From Longimicrobiales bacterium (lineage in GTDB: Bacteria > Gemmatimonadota > Gemmatimonadetes > Longimicrobiales > Gaopeijiaceae): 64,000 nt of DNA. Both the position numbers and the translations under genes were made by a program. Shown here piece after piece: positions 9,634 to 18,494 of this stretch. Below the pieces are notes generated by a model that made no database searches, had not been told where the DNA came from, and saw only the letters and a list, made by a program, of their open reading frames with translations. The stretch spans positions 288,001-352,000 of the forward strand of contig JAWLHJ010000005.1 of the NCBI GenBank assembly GCA_041690395.1. The letters are read 5' to 3'. Positions within the stretch are counted from its first letter, which is position 1; each line of letters starts with the position of its first letter.

Positions 9634-12318
9634 ATGACCATGCCGCCGACCCGTGTCCCCAGTGCCGGATCCTCGACTTGGTGCGCCCTCCTGCTCATGG
9701 CGCTCCTTTCCTTTCCCGCCGCGTCGTCTGCCCAGCTCGCGCCGGAGCATTTGAGCGCCCTCGCGGCCCGTAACATCGGGCCCGCCGGTATGAGCGGCCG
9801 GGTGTCCGCCATCGACGTCGACCTGACGAACCGCAACCGCATCTTCGTCGGTGCGGCGGCCGGCGGCGTGTGGCGGTCCGACGACGGCGGCGTGACCTGG
9901 GGGCCGATCTTCGATGACCAGCCGGTCCAGTCCATCGGCGACGTCGTCGTCTCGAAGGCCAATCCCGACCACGTCTGGGTCGGCACCGGCGAGGGCAACC
10001 CGCGCCAGTCCGTGGGCATCGGCAACGGCGTCTACAAGAGCGTGGACGGCGGCGACACGTGGCAGCACATGGGGCTCGAGGGCACCGAGCACATCCACAG
10101 GGTGCTGCCGCACCCCACCGACCAGGACGTCGTCTACGTGGGCGCCATGGGGCCGCTCTGGAGCGGCGGAGGCCAGCGGGGCGTCTACAGGAGTACCGAC
10201 GGCGGGGAGAGCTGGGAGCAGGTCCTGGCCGGTGACGACCGCACCGGCGTGGCCGACATGGTCATGGACCCGGTGAACCCCGAGAAGATGTTCGTCGCCA
10301 TGTACGAGCATCGGCGCTCGCCCTGGTTCTTCGAGTCCGGCGGGCCCACCAGTGGTGTGTTCATGACCCTCGACGGTGGCGAGAGTTGGACCCGGCTCGG
10401 CGTGGAGCACGGCTTCCCGGAGGGAACCCTCGGTCGAATCGGGCTCGCCATCGCGCCTTCGAAGCGGGACGTGGTCTATGCGCTCGTCGAGGCGGAGCGG
10501 GACGCGCTGCTGCGCTCCGACGACGGTGGCTTCACGTGGAGCGTCGTCAGCGACGAGGATGGCATCAATCCGCGTCCCATGTACTACGCGGATATCCGGG
10601 TGGACCCGAAGAACGAGAACCGGATCTACCGGCTCGCCACGAGCCTCGATGTGAGCGAGGACGCCGGGCGCACGTGGCGGGTGGTGGTCCCGAGCCGGAT
10701 CATCCACGGCGACCACCACGCGCTGTGGATCGACCCGGACGACGCGGCCTACCTCATCAACGGGAACGACGGCGGCGTCGGCATCTCGTACGACCACGGG
10801 GGGAAGTGGCGCTTCGTCGACAACCTCCCGTTGTCGCAGTTTTATCAGCTCAGCGTCGACATGGCGCACCCGTTCTGGGTCTACGGCGGGGTGCAGGACA
10901 GCGGCTCGTGGATGGGCCCGAGCAACGTCTGGCAGGACCGCGGCATCCTGAACGCGCACTGGCGCCGGGTGAACGGGGCCGACGGCTTCGCCACGATGAC
11001 GGACTTCTCCAACCCGCGCTTCGGGTACACCACCTCGCAAAACGGACGGCTGCTGCGCTTCGACAAGGAGACCATGGAGCGGCGCGGCATCCAGCCCGAG
11101 GATCCCGATGGTGCGGAGCTGCGCTTCAACTGGAACGCGGCGCTCGCGGTGGACCAGCGCGACTCGACGACCATCTACTTCGGCAGCCAGCACGTGCACC
11201 GGAGCGCGGACGGCGGCGCGACCTGGGAGACGATCTCGCCGGACCTCACGACCAACGATCCGAACAAGCAGGGGCCGGCGTTCGAGGACCGCGGCCTGGG
11301 CTCGAGCGAGGTCGACAACCACACCACCATCCTGGCCATCGACACGAGCCCCCTCGAGGATGGCGTGATCTGGGCCGTCACCGACGACGGGAACGTCCAG
11401 GTGACGCGCGACGGCGGCGCCAGCTGGCGTAACGTGGCTGATAGGCTGCCGGACGCGCCGGACTCCGCGTACGTGCCGGAGGTCGAGGCGTCCAACCACG
11501 TGGCCGGCCGCGCGTACGTCGTCGTCGACGACCACCGCCGGGGCGACATGGAGCCGTACGTGTACGTCACCGAGAATTTCGGGGATGAGTGGCGGCGGCT
11601 TCCCACAGAAGGGGTCGAGGGCTTCCTGCACGAGGTCGAGGAGGATCCCGTCGAGCCGAACCTGCTGTTCATCGGGAGCGAGCTCGGGCTCTACATGAGC
11701 CTCGATCGTGGCGAGAGCTGGCTGCCGTGGCGTCACGGGCTACCCGCTACGCCGGTCCGCGAGGCGATCGTGCATCCGCGGGAGCACGACCTGGTCATCG
11801 GCACGCACGGACGTGGCGCCTGGATCGTGGACGACATGCGGCCGCTGCGCGAGTTGGCCGCCGACCCGTCGATCGCGGGCCGCGCGCTCCACGTGTTCGG
11901 TCCGCCGCCGGCCCAGCAGCACGAGGTGGCGCTCCGGGGTGACCTCGGCATCCACCTCGGCTACCGGGTCGTGGGGCACGCGATGTACTTCGGCGACCTC
12001 CGGCCGTACGGGGCGCTGGTGAGCTACTGGGTCGGGGAGGGAGCGGCCGGGGGGGGCACCGCTACCGCCACGGTCGAGGTCCGGGACGGCACGGGCACGG
12101 TGATCCGTGAGCTCGAGGGCTCGGCCGAGCCCGGGGTGAACCGGGTCGTCTGGGACCTGCGGGTGGATGAGGAGGAGGGCCTGGGCGACGAGGTGACGCC
12201 GGGCACTTACGAGGTCACGGTCCGCGTGGGTACCGAGGAGGCGACCGTCCCGGTCGTCGTGGTCCCCGACCCCCGGAAGGAAGGCGTCGACTTCTTCCTC
12301 ACGCCCGGAGGGCGCTGA
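9634..12318 (+). CDS. Secreted VPS10/BNR (Asp-box) beta-propeller protein, glycosyl hydrolase-like
   Basis: Signal peptide; RNIGPAGMSGRVSAI; many SxDGGxTW Asp-box repeats. Confidence 0.85.
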   Translation: MTMPPTRVPSAGSSTWCALLLMALLSFPAASSAQLAPEHLSALAARNIGPAGMSGRVSAIDVDLTNRNRIFVGAAAGGVWRSDDGGVTWGPIFDDQPVQSIGDVVVSKANPDHVWVGTGEGNPRQSVGIGNGVYKSVDGGDTWQHMGLEGTEHIHRVLPHPTDQDVVYVGAMGPLWSGGGQRGVYRSTDGGESWEQVLAGDDRTGVADMVMDPVNPEKMFVAMYEHRRSPWFFESGGPTSGVFMTLDGGESWTRLGVEHGFPEGTLGRIGLAIAPSKRDVVYALVEAERDALLRSDDGGFTWSVVSDEDGINPRPMYYADIRVDPKNENRIYRLATSLDVSEDAGRTWRVVVPSRIIHGDHHALWIDPDDAAYLINGNDGGVGISYDHGGKWRFVDNLPLSQFYQLSVDMAHPFWVYGGVQDSGSWMGPSNVWQDRGILNAHWRRVNGADGFATMTDFSNPRFGYTTSQNGRLLRFDKETMERRGIQPEDPDGAELRFNWNAALAVDQRDSTTIYFGSQHVHRSADGGATWETISPDLTTNDPNKQGPAFEDRGLGSSEVDNHTTILAIDTSPLEDGVIWAVTDDGNVQVTRDGGASWRNVADRLPDAPDSAYVPEVEASNHVAGRAYVVVDDHRRGDMEPYVYVTENFGDEWRRLPTEGVEGFLHEVEEDPVEPNLLFIGSELGLYMSLDRGESWLPWRHGLPATPVREAIVHPREHDLVIGTHGRGAWIVDDMRPLRELAADPSIAGRALHVFGPPPAQQHEVALRGDLGIHLGYRVVGHAMYFGDLRPYGALVSYWVGEGAAGGGTATATVEVRDGTGTVIRELEGSAEPGVNRVVWDLRVDEEEGLGDEVTPGTYEVTVRVGTEEATVPVVVVPDPRKEGVDFFLTPGGR

Positions 12319-12762
12319 CCGGGGGGTGGCGGGGGCTCCGTCTGTCCGGCTGCGGACCGCCGGGCCCTCACGCCGCCCTGCCACGGGTGGGCGGCCCGTC
12401 CTGATGGCCGGCTGAAACACGACAATCGTGGGTGCGTCCGGCCTCCCCTGGCGGATCTTCCGCCCCTGGCGGCGTGAATCCGCACGCTCGCGGAAGTCGG
12501 CGTGCGCGACCCATACGCTTTTCGCCTTATGCGGCGGCGGACCCACCGTTTGTCGGATCGGTCCTCACGAGATAGCGGGTTGACGCCGACGGACGGGGCC
12601 GCGCGCTTCGACCTGGCGGCTCGCCCGACCCAGCGGCCCGGCCCCAAGACCCGGCGGCTCCTCCGACCCAGCGGCCCGCACCGATGGCCGGCCGAGCAGC
12701 CACGACTGTTCGGTTCACGTCGCCAAGGTGGGTCCGGCCCTTCACGCCGCCACACCCCTCGA

Positions 12763-12791
12763 TGGACCCGCGCCGTGACGGCGCGGGTCCA
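12763..12791. terminator. GC-rich hairpin downstream of the cytolysin-like gene
   Basis: Perfect 13-bp stem TGGACCCGCGCCG-tga-CGGCGCGGGTCCA between convergent genes. No U-tract. Confidence 0.55.
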
Positions 12792-12819
12792 CCTCGAGCT
12801 CGCGCCCAGCCGGGCCGTG

Positions 12820-15231
12820 TCAGTTCTGCCGTCGCGAGATCCCCACGTAGATGCGGTTCTCCGAAGCGGCGTGATTCCAGATGACGTCCTGGCGCCCGTT
12901 GCCGTTCACGTCGGCGAGATAGACCGTGAACTGATCCCAGTCGGTCGAGACCGGATGGAGCTGGTTGGCGGGTGAGAAGTCCATGCCGCCGTTGGACCGA
13001 CCCAGACTTCCGTAGATCCGGTTCACCGCGCCCTGCGTGTTCCAGAGCAGGTCGGCCCGCCCGTCGCCGTTGATGTCGCCCGCGCGTACGCTGAGCGGCA
13101 CCCCGTTCTGCAGGTTTCCGTCGACGCGGGATAGGAACGTGATGCCCGTTCCCGTGGACCGCCCGACCACGACCCCATTCGTGCCGGCGGTGGTCGTGTC
13201 GGCCCAGATCAGGTCGGTGCGGCCGTCACCGTCGACATCGCCGGCGACGCGGACGGGCGAAGAGGCCCCCGTGCCGGGTGGGTCGTAGAAGGTCGCCCCC
13301 AGCGTGAGCGTGCCGTCGAGGTTCGCGTTGGCCACGTACGATCGACTCGCTCGTGCCCAGAAGAGCTCCTCTCTGCCGTTGGCGTCGGTGTCCCCGACGA
13401 ACGTGTCGTAGATGCTCCAGTCGCTGGTCCGTGGGTGCCGTCGATTGACCGTGAGCGTGAAGTTGCTCGTCCCGTCGGAAATGGCGGTGTACACGTCGTT
13501 GTAGGTGGTGCCGATCCGATTGAACACCAGGTCGTCGTCGCCGTCTCCGTTGACGTCGGCCACCTGCGTCCGGTAGCCGGCCAGGTTCGCGGCGCTCAGG
13601 ATACGCACGCTCGGCGTACCGAAGCTGCCGTCGCCATTCCCCAGTCCCAGGTAGACCTTGTTGCCGGCGGCGCCCGCGTAGGCCCACGCCAGATCCGACG
13701 TGCCGTCTCCGTTGAAGTCGCCCACCACGGTCTCGTAGTTGGCCCACCCCTCGGACGGACTGTCCGGGTGCGTCATCGGCGACACCATCTCGAACGTGCC
13801 GTCCCCGTTGGACAGGCCCACGGCGACCTGGTTCGTAGAGCCCATGTGGTTCCAGACCATGTCCTGGCGGCCGTCACCGTCGATGTCGGCGACGCGGGTG
13901 CGCACGGGCGTCGGGATGCCGAGTGGGGTGGCCTGGAGCGACGCGAAGTCGAACAATCCCGGGCTCGACGGCCTGGGCGTGCACTCCTTGAGGTTGTACT
14001 CGGTCGCTTCGCTCACAGACGCGATGCTGCCGTCGGAGAGGTTGCGGAAGGTGTAGGAGAGCGGTGCCGCGCTCGACAGCGGCGCATTCTCCGTAAAGTA
14101 CTGGGCCCAGTCTCCGGAGCGGATGACCGCCAGAGTGGCTTCCGCCTGACCCCCCAGCGACGTGACCGAGATTCGCGATTCCCTGAGGATCGTCCGGTCC
14201 TTGGCTGAGAGGTCGAGCTCGGCACCGGCGCCGATGCCGTTGTAGGCGGCCTGTAGCGTGGCGCGGATCTCCTGCTCGGTGGCCGTGGACGTGATCGAGA
14301 AGATCATCATGCGTCCATAGACCACCTCCGAGAGGTATACCGGGAGGTTGTCCGGCCCGATGTTCCCTAGGCTCTGCTGCTGCTGGAGCTTCTCCTGGGT
14401 GAACGCCTCGCTGAAGAACGCCCCTGGGGTCTGGGGGGGCGCTACCACGACGGTGAACATCTGCTCGTAGAAGTGCGCCGAGATCGTCGTCTCGGACGCG
14501 TTTCGCTCGAAGTCCGCGCTCGCCGCCGCCGAGAAGCCGAGGTAGTGGCCGGACACGTCCATGGAGGCGGCGAGCTGTCGCTCGGAGTGCGACACGGTCT
14601 GCCTGAAGACGATGGTCGAAGGCGTGATCAGGTCCTCGGCGGTGGCGTTGCCGCGCATCTCACCGATAGCCGCGTCCACCGTGGCCTGGCTCGGATTCTG
14701 GACCTCCCGGAAGTTCTGCCCCGACGGTATCGCGGGGATCGACACCTGGATCGGCGTGCGCTCGGCGATGGACAGCCCGAGCAGCGCTCCCCGGCCGTCC
14801 CGGTGACTCTTGCCCTGGATGAGCGATCCCGGCCACAGGATGGAGCGGTCGGGGTTGTACATGACGATCCGCTCGGGATTGTCCGTCAGGGTGTAGGGCG
14901 TCTCGGTGCACTGGTACACCACGTTCGGGACGACCTCGACACGAGCCGACGCGCCGCCGTCCTCTTCGACGATCTGCTGCACGTTCAACGTGTCCGGTGG
15001 CAGCGTCACAGGGTCGTCGACGGGCGTCGGCGCCTGGTCTGGAAGCTGGGGCGAGAAGGCCGCCCACGACCCGAGGCTCTGCAGATAGTCGGTGACGCTC
15101 TGGTCGGTCACGCCGTCGCCGCCTCCGTCTCCGGGGCCGGTCGGATCGCTCTCCGAGCAGGCGGTGGGAATCGTCAGGAGGAGGAGGGCGCCGAGAAGGG
15201 CCCTCCAGCCCGTGCGTATGCGATGGCTCAT
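12820..15231 (-). CDS. Cholesterol-dependent cytolysin-like (thiol-activated cytolysin domain) lipoprotein with C-terminal FG-GAP/VCBS repeats
   Basis: Lipoprotein signal MSHRIRTGWRALLGALLLLTIPTAC. CDC-core motifs ILWPGSLIQG, RTPIQVSI, FYEQMFTV, PVYLSEVVYGR, LGG, AAPLSYTFRNL. Repeated ADIDGDGRQD/GDFNGDGTSD motifs. GGAGA RBS. Confidence 0.85.
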   Translation of the reverse strand: MSHRIRTGWRALLGALLLLTIPTACSESDPTGPGDGGGDGVTDQSVTDYLQSLGSWAAFSPQLPDQAPTPVDDPVTLPPDTLNVQQIVEEDGGASARVEVVPNVVYQCTETPYTLTDNPERIVMYNPDRSILWPGSLIQGKSHRDGRGALLGLSIAERTPIQVSIPAIPSGQNFREVQNPSQATVDAAIGEMRGNATAEDLITPSTIVFRQTVSHSERQLAASMDVSGHYLGFSAAASADFERNASETTISAHFYEQMFTVVVAPPQTPGAFFSEAFTQEKLQQQQSLGNIGPDNLPVYLSEVVYGRMMIFSITSTATEQEIRATLQAAYNGIGAGAELDLSAKDRTILRESRISVTSLGGQAEATLAVIRSGDWAQYFTENAPLSSAAPLSYTFRNLSDGSIASVSEATEYNLKECTPRPSSPGLFDFASLQATPLGIPTPVRTRVADIDGDGRQDMVWNHMGSTNQVAVGLSNGDGTFEMVSPMTHPDSPSEGWANYETVVGDFNGDGTSDLAWAYAGAAGNKVYLGLGNGDGSFGTPSVRILSAANLAGYRTQVADVNGDGDDDLVFNRIGTTYNDVYTAISDGTSNFTLTVNRRHPRTSDWSIYDTFVGDTDANGREELFWARASRSYVANANLDGTLTLGATFYDPPGTGASSPVRVAGDVDGDGRTDLIWADTTTAGTNGVVVGRSTGTGITFLSRVDGNLQNGVPLSVRAGDINGDGRADLLWNTQGAVNRIYGSLGRSNGGMDFSPANQLHPVSTDWDQFTVYLADVNGNGRQDVIWNHAASENRIYVGISRRQN

Positions 15232-15290
15232 CGTTCTCTCCGGTGCATCGGACCGGAGCGCGCGCGCCCCGGTCCGCTTGGCTCGTGTGC

Positions 15291-17312
15291 TCATGACGAC
15301 AGCTTCTTGTGCTCGGCGGTCTCGCCTGCCGGGCCGCTGTTGCCGGAACTCGTTCCGCCCGCCCCGCCCTCGCCCAGCATGAACACGTTTCCATCGCGGG
15401 TGATGGTCGTCGTCGCGCCCTCGATGATGCCGATACTCGGCCCGCCGCCACCGCCACCGCCGTGGCCGCCGCCCCCACCGGTCGTTCCGTTCCCGCCGTC
15501 GCCGCCCGAACCGGTGCAGATGGAGGGGATCCAGGCGTCGCAGCCGTATGTACCACCATCGCCGCCGAGTCCGCCGCGTCCGCCCAAGCCTCCGGTCGCA
15601 CCGGTCCCGCCGTTGCCGCCGCCGGCGGTGTGGAGCTCGTTGTCGACGATCTCCAGCTCGCCGGGACCCACCGCCAGCACGGCGAAGGACGCTCCGCCGC
15701 CCATACCCCCCGTGCCCGGCTGGCCGCCCTCACCGCCACCACCGCCGCCGCCACCGCTCCCGCCACAGAAGCCCACGAGGCCGTAGGCTCCACCGCCACC
15801 GCCACCCCCGTATCCGGGCCCGCCGCTCGTGCCGGGGTTGCCACCCGCCGCGGACGGGTCGTATGTGCCGCTCCCGTCGATGACGCCGAACGCGGAGCCG
15901 GCCGCGCCGTTCCCGCCGACCGGTCCGGTGGCCTTCCCGTTGGTGCCGTCACGCCCGTTCTTCGATCCGGAGCTTCCGGCGCTCCCGCCATCGCCTCCAC
16001 TCGACGTCTCACCACCCGAGCCACCCGTGGGGTTGGTGCCTCCACCGAGCCCGCCGGTGCCACCGTCGCGGTAGTTGACGCCACGGGACCCGCCGGCCGT
16101 GCGGCTCACACACAACCGCGCGTCCCCGCCATCGGAGCCGGCCGAGCCGGTGCGCGTGCGGTTCGGCGTAGTGCCCGCCACACCCATCGCACCCGCGCCG
16201 GCCCGGATGATGTTCTCCCGGACGGTCACCCCCGTGGCGTTGAGGAGCCAGACCGCGATGGAGCTGGCCCCGGGATCGGTGGCATCCGCCGACACGATCT
16301 CGAGGCCCTCGAGCACCAGATCGTTCGACTCGGTCCCCTGGACGGCCGTCGGGCCGCCACGGACCACGGCCCGTCCGGCGGTGATGTCCCGCGACCAATC
16401 CGTCTCGTCCCAGCCGCCGTACAGGCTCACCCGCGACCTGAGTGTCAGCGTCTCCGGGTACTCGCCGCCGACGATGTAGAGGTCCGCCCCGTTGCCCGCG
16501 CCGTCCGCTGCTTCGATTGCGGCCTGGATCGTCGCCATCGGCGCCTCCCGGGTGCCGGCATTCGAGTCCGAGCCGGCGGGGCTGACCCACAGCGCGTGGT
16601 CGGCGTCCTCGAGCACCCAGACCTGGACGGTGTCCACGTCCGCGCCCGACCCACCGGCCACGCTCAGCTCGAAGATCATCTTCCCCATCTCGTCCGGCGC
16701 CGTGAACGTGGGCGTTTGCCCGTTCAGCGTGCCCACCGCGGGGCCTTCGAGCTGGGTCCACGTGTAGTCGGCGCCCGAGCCCGTGCTCGCGCTTCCGTCC
16801 AGCATCGCCTCCGCGCCGGCCGTCACGTTCATGTCGGGTCCGGCGTCGGCCATGGCCGGGCTGGACACCGTGGTGAACGACGAGCTGAACGGGCCGTCGA
16901 GCCCCACGCCGTCGGTGTCGGTCACGCCCGTGACGGTGACGGTGTAGCTCGTCGCCTCCGCCATGGCGTCGTCGGGCGTGAACGTCACGGTCGAGCCGCT
17001 CACGTCCCGCGTGCCCGTCAACGATCCCACCGTCACGGACGTCGACGTGACCGACGACGCGGCCACCGCCCGTGAGAACGTGATGGCCACGATGGCGTCG
17101 GTAGCCACTCCGCTCGTTCCGTCGGTAGGCGAGACCTGGGTCACGGCGAGGGCGACCGGGTCACCGTTCCCGTCACCGTTCCCGTCGCCCGGATCGCATC
17201 CCGGGTCGGTAGGGCTGCACGTCGGCGCTTCGCTGCCGCCGCAGGCGGACAACAGCCCCGTGATCAGGGCGAAGGCGAGGGCCCGTGCCCGCGGCACACG
17301 TCGATGACTCAT
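15291..17312 (-). CDS. Lipoprotein with Ig-like (Big_5/SbsA) and PKD-like domains, a DUF1565/beta-helix-like region and a glycine-rich tail
   Basis: MSHRRVPRARALAFALITGLLSAC lipobox. VSPTDG...IVAITFSRAV...YTVTV, ADAGPDMNV...YTWTQLEGP, WVSPAGSDSNAGTREAPMATIQAAI, then a long GGxGG region. Confidence 0.75.
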   Translation of the reverse strand: MSHRRVPRARALAFALITGLLSACGGSEAPTCSPTDPGCDPGDGNGDGNGDPVALAVTQVSPTDGTSGVATDAIVAITFSRAVAASSVTSTSVTVGSLTGTRDVSGSTVTFTPDDAMAEATSYTVTVTGVTDTDGVGLDGPFSSSFTTVSSPAMADAGPDMNVTAGAEAMLDGSASTGSGADYTWTQLEGPAVGTLNGQTPTFTAPDEMGKMIFELSVAGGSGADVDTVQVWVLEDADHALWVSPAGSDSNAGTREAPMATIQAAIEAADGAGNGADLYIVGGEYPETLTLRSRVSLYGGWDETDWSRDITAGRAVVRGGPTAVQGTESNDLVLEGLEIVSADATDPGASSIAVWLLNATGVTVRENIIRAGAGAMGVAGTTPNRTRTGSAGSDGGDARLCVSRTAGGSRGVNYRDGGTGGLGGGTNPTGGSGGETSSGGDGGSAGSSGSKNGRDGTNGKATGPVGGNGAAGSAFGVIDGSGTYDPSAAGGNPGTSGGPGYGGGGGGGAYGLVGFCGGSGGGGGGGGEGGQPGTGGMGGGASFAVLAVGPGELEIVDNELHTAGGGNGGTGATGGLGGRGGLGGDGGTYGCDAWIPSICTGSGGDGGNGTTGGGGGHGGGGGGGPSIGIIEGATTTITRDGNVFMLGEGGAGGTSSGNSGPAGETAEHKKLSS

Positions 17313-17398
17313 GGGATGGCTCCGGATGTTGACGCCGGCCTGGCCGGCTGGATCGATGCTCGCCCGGCTCGGGGCCGGGGTCTTCACATCGAGAGGCG

Positions 17399-17659
17399 TC
17401 AACCGCGTTCGGATTCCCTCATCCGCTCACACCGCACCACCACCTGGGCGGCGGCCACGAGGTGTTTGAGATACCGATCGGGGACGCCCGACCGGTCCAG
17501 CACGAGGAGCCTGCGGGCCTCCGCCGCGAGGCGGGGATCGACGGCACGATCGGCGACGACTTCGTCCCAACGGGTCGGATCGGTGCGGAGGAGGACTTCG
17601 AACAGCTGGTTCAGGAGGCGGAACCGCTCAGGATTCGCCGTCGTCTCGGAGGTCATCAT
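17399..17659 (-). CDS. Small protein resembling the N-terminal helical domain of ECF-associated Ser/Thr kinases, with no kinase domain
   Basis: Overlaps the sigma-factor stop. ERFRLLNQLFEVLL...VVADRAVDPRLAAEARRLL aligns by eye with THWDRVDAIFAAAL...YVADASGSDRNLQAEVHALL of the kinase at 6756. Confidence 0.6.
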   Translation of the reverse strand: MMTSETTANPERFRLLNQLFEVLLRTDPTRWDEVVADRAVDPRLAAEARRLLVLDRSGVPDRYLKHLVAAAQVVVRCERMRESERG

Positions 17660-18233
17660 ATAGCCACGCTCTCGCCAGGCGGAGGTCCCGGTGCACCGTG
17701 GCCGCGGACACGTCGAGCGTGTCGGCGATCTCGTCGTAGGTAAGTCCGCCGAAGTAGCAGAGCTCCACGATGCGCCCCTTCCTCTCATCAAGCGCGAAAA
17801 GCCGCTCGAGGGCCTCATCGAGGGCGAGAACCTCGTCGGGGGGCGAGTTGGCGGCGACGATCCCCTCCAGCGTGTCGATCAGCAGCATCGGGGCTCCCCC
17901 GCCGCGCTTGGCCGATTTCCTCGCACGCGCGTGGTCGACCAGCACCCGACGCATTGCGCGCGCGGCAACCCGGAGGAAGTGTCCGGAGCTCTCCCACTCC
18001 AGGTCCGCCTTGACGAGCCGCACATAAGCCTCGTGCACCAGTGCGGTCGTCTGGAGCGTGTGACCGGTCGCCTCACCTCGCATGGCCGACTGAGCCAGCC
18101 GGTGCAGCTCGTCGTATACCAATGGAAGGAGCTGGTCCACGGCGCCCTCGTCACCCTGTGTCCAGGCCCTGAGCAGCCCCGTGACCTCGGGGTCGCGGGG
18201 CGAAGGGTCCTCGGGGCGGGTCGAGGTGGACAT
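17628..18233 (-). CDS. ECF sigma factor, ECF43-like
   Basis: LLPLVYDELHRLA, GHTLQTTALVHEAYVRL, AMRRVLVDHAR, YFGGLTYDEIA, TVHRDLRLARAWL. Confidence 0.93.
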   Translation of the reverse strand: MSTSTRPEDPSPRDPEVTGLLRAWTQGDEGAVDQLLPLVYDELHRLAQSAMRGEATGHTLQTTALVHEAYVRLVKADLEWESSGHFLRVAARAMRRVLVDHARARKSAKRGGGAPMLLIDTLEGIVAANSPPDEVLALDEALERLFALDERKGRIVELCYFGGLTYDEIADTLDVSAATVHRDLRLARAWLYDDLRDDGES

Positions 18234-18494
18234 GGCGGCGCGGGCGTCGGGGCGGGCGTGGGTGGACCTTCAACGCTAGGGGCCGGGGTCGGCGCCTTGC
18301 AAGGATCTTCGGATCCCGCACCATGCCGTGGTCCCTTCCGCGCCCACCTCTCCACCACGCCCCCTGAACCGCAGGCCGAAGCCGCTCTCCTGTCACCAAG
18401 GGCGTCGTCCGGTTGCGTGGATACCACTGGTCGCGGGATGTTGCCCATGCTGCGCCGCCGGCCTGACGCCGCCCCTTCCTTCCGAGCCTTCCCC

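Noticed and set aside
9214..11736. Long antisense or alternate-frame ORFs (e.g. 9214-11736, 57132-59726, 44639-46738, 22122-24098)
   Set aside because: They are shadows of real genes in very GC-rich DNA, with no recognisable motifs.
12401..12420. CTGATGG...GAAAC resembling a hammerhead ribozyme core
   Set aside because: The core requires CUGANGA; here the last base is G, stem II is not properly formed, and I found no flanking stems.
13975..14000. 'ECT' in the cytolysin-like protein as the start of the CDC undecapeptide
   Set aside because: It is followed by PRPSSP, not GLAWEWWR, and lies at the end of the core domain, so it is likely coincidental.
15400..16100. Gly-rich region as a mycobacterial PE-PGRS gene or collagen
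   Set aside because: There is no PE domain and no strict Gly-X-Y periodicity; it is part of a lipoprotein.
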